64,000 nucleotides of DNA from Lingula anatina (Eukaryota; Animalia; Brachiopoda), in the NCBI GenBank assembly GCA_051362555.1, contig CM120641.1, forward strand, positions 16,368,001 through 16,432,000, written 5' to 3'. Within the stretch, counting starts at the first letter, position 1, and each line of letters begins with the position of its first letter. The translations under genes were made by a program, and so were the position numbers. A model generated the notes under the pieces. It was not told the origin of the DNA and made no database searches. It was given only the letters and a program-made list of their open reading frames with translations. This document shows, in pieces, positions 61,719-64,000 of the stretch.

Positions 61719-63571
61719 TTATGACTGTTTGTTTTAAAATATTTTGACATCAAAATGTTTAATTCAGTAGAGAATTATAGATATACCAATACCCACACAT
61801 CTTCATTGAAATCCCTTTGATTTTTCAATATATGGATTGTGCATGATATAGATTAGGATGCCTTCTATTAAAATTTTCTGGGTTCTTGGTTTTTGCTTGG
61901 CTGTGTGATTTGATTGTATAGTGGGTAATGTGATGGAATGTGTGTGTTCAAGACCACTTAATATGCATGTGTTTGTTCATATTGCAGCTTTGAAACAGAC
62001 ACCGTCAAAGAAGCGTCCATATTCCCGACAGAGGTCTTCTACTACAGAAGGTGAAACTAAACTGCCACTATCTGTGCCTGGTCGACTGAGAACTCAAACA
62101 TCATTGGATGAGAGAGGTGAGGTATAAAATACTACACTAGACAAATAGAAACTTTTTCTTTGCATGTAGAAAAGAAGGCGGAGTTTAAAAAGATTGTGGG
62201 TTTTGTGCAAAAGTGGTTAATTTCAGTAGGAGGTTATGCAGATGTTAGAATGTTTTCTTAGTTGTCAGTATTTGTTTCCACTTGATTTAAAACTGAAATA
62301 TGGAGTGCCAAACTAACTGATTTGATGAATTTAAAATAGAAGATTTTTTTACTGGATTTTCCAAGAGAAGAAGAGGTAAGATTAAGATTAAGGAAGGCAT
62401 TGTGTAGAGGGCAAAACAAACTGCCATTTCATAGTTCACAGTATTAGTGCATGTAGAATAGCTGGAGTCTTCTAATGTGTCTTAAGCACCATGATATACT
62501 ACCCCAGTTTGCAAAATAGATACAAATCATATGCCCTAGTTACTCTTCCAGGTGCCCTGCCCAGAGCAGTGTCCCGGCCACGCCCAGATCTCCTCCCGAC
62601 TATGTCGACCCCACCCCCGCCATTCTCTGAGGCCATAGCAACAAGGCAGGGCTTTGCAATACAGGCTGACAACAGTGACAATGAGGAGGATGTGTTTGTA
62701 GATGATCACGGGTAGGTGGGCCCATGTGCCACAGGGTGTGAATGAAGATGGTTGTGTCGGCAGCTTTTTCAGTTTTTATGCATTTACATTTGTGAAAATA
62801 ATAACCTGGAATTTGTTCTTAACATAGGGGAGGAAAGAATATTTTTACCCCCTGAACCCTGTTTGGTATGGTTCCATCTGTATTAATTTGTGATATAAAT
62901 TTTTGCATTTCTCTTGATCTTAATTTTGACTACAGCCATTAGGCATGATTTTTCATATTGTATAATTACGATTAGTAATTTTTCAGTAAGCAAAAAAGAA
63001 ACAACTTATTTCCCAGATAAATGACTTCCTAGAATAAAAAAAAAAAGATAAAGTCTGCAGGGTATGGTAATTAATTGAACATTACAAATACAATCCATTC
63101 CATTATAATTTCATTTCTTCATGATTTATCACTTAAATTACTCTCAAAAATGCATCTTCTGCCATGAAACCAACTCACTTTTCAAAACTTTTAAAATCAA
63201 CATTTCTGTTAATTGTTAATAAATACTGCTTTTGAAAATATAATGGATTCATTTTGTTTTTCAAATTTAATGAATAAATAACCTAATATATTCAATGTGT
63301 TTCAGACATGCCAGCACTTCCAGTCAGCAGGGTGCCAGTATTCCTATGTCAAGTACAGCATTCCAAGGTACACCCAATTCCTACTCTTCTACTACTGCTA
63401 TACCAGCAGGGGAGCATGCGGGGAGTGATGTGTCCCTAGATGCCCTAGCACGTGTACGGGGCTCGCCCGCGCTTAGTGTATCAGTATCAACACCCACACG
63501 TACTGAATTTACAGAGGGCACGCCCTCCTTCACGGCCTCTAGTCCAAGTTGTTCCAGCGATATTTTCTTAG
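45240..63571 (+). CDS. PIP5K1: Type I phosphatidylinositol 4-phosphate 5-kinase, multi-exon, possibly continuing past the window
   Basis: Phase-consistent exons: MAAAAAG..NFDD|GRESKG..PPID|..[18 protein letters not shown]|[15 protein letters not shown]..|[20 protein letters not shown]|[26 protein letters not shown]|[14 protein letters not shown]|[10 protein letters not shown]|[20 protein letters not shown], then a Ser/Thr-rich tail. Confidence 0.96.
50584..50597. promoter_or_regulatory. RFX X-box-like element upstream of the putative alternative exon
   Basis: GTTGCCATGGCGAT matches the palindromic GTTGCCATGGCAAC consensus at 12/14. Confidence 0.4.
50854..52080 (+). CDS. Probable alternative first coding exon of PIP5K1 (up to 409 codons)
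   Basis: The 414-aa ORF has a phase-0 donor CCT|GTAAGT at 52080/52081, in frame with the phase-0 acceptor of the KPTSELM exon (~53195). True start codon uncertain. Confidence 0.65.
59728..59784 (+). CDS. Probable 57-nt cassette exon of PIP5K1
   Basis: Polypyrimidine tract-TAG acceptor, G|GTAACT donor, symmetric phase 1, encodes (L)[18 protein letters not shown] between KKVPS and LKQTPSKKR. Confidence 0.65.
60903..60965. mobile_element. Tiny internally deleted TIR element
   Basis: CAGGGATGAG...CTCATCCCTG 10-bp inverted ends; a related end (GGTCTCATCCCTG) occurs near 19707-19719. Confidence 0.45.
61668..61720. repeat. (TTTA)n microsatellite
   Basis: Directly visible. Confidence 0.9.
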
Positions 63572-64000
63572 GTAACTATGTCGGTGTGGTGTAAGCAGAG
63601 GCCTCATTTGTGGGTAGATGTGGATTATGTGAGCTCCAGCTGCTTCTGGTCTTCAGACTCTGACCCTTTATATTTCAGTATCCTTAGTGTTTCTTTTCCA
63701 GCTTGTTATAATACTTGGTCAATTTGGATTGTATTCTGTACGCTATGTGGGTTGGCACGCGTGTTTTCTCACCGAAAGCAGGCACTAAGAGAGTTTTTTC
63801 TGTAGTTTTATGCACTCCCCCTTTTGTGGTTCAGCACATTGAAAAGTGCAAATATATTTTGATGCTTGTTGCTGCACCTGTAACTGAAGTAGCCTTGTTA
63901 ATGGTTTAACACACCAGTGTGCAAATCTGTGTTCAGTTGTGTGATTATTTCAGTATGCTCTAATCATCCATATTACTGTTTGAAAATGCTGCTTCTGTAC

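Overview
AT-rich, intron-rich eukaryotic DNA from an invertebrate animal (the repeat types suggest a mollusc or other lophotrochozoan; this is inference). The window is a dense housekeeping cluster built from three head-to-head gene pairs: VPS35L(-)/MED9(+), with intronless GEMIN6 only 54 bp after the MED9 stop; SLC25A17(-)/DNAJC7(+); and an unnamed MGCGSS-LRR-RRM gene(-)/PIP5K1(+), the last possibly continuing past the window end. The standout feature lies inside one VPS35L intron (8673-11173). It holds two divergently oriented, intronless, paralogous small genes that encode acidic/helical proteins with no histone resemblance. Each ends in a replication-dependent-histone-type 3' cassette: stem-loop GGCCTT-TTTC-AAGGCC plus ACCA, and an identical purine-rich downstream element, with identical spacing in both copies. 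This suggests non-histone mRNAs processed by the SLBP/U7 pathway. Also present: a probable large alternative first exon and a cassette exon of PIP5K1, a solo LTR, Helentron-like elements, MITEs and microsatellites. Gene models were assembled by eye, so exon boundaries are approximate.
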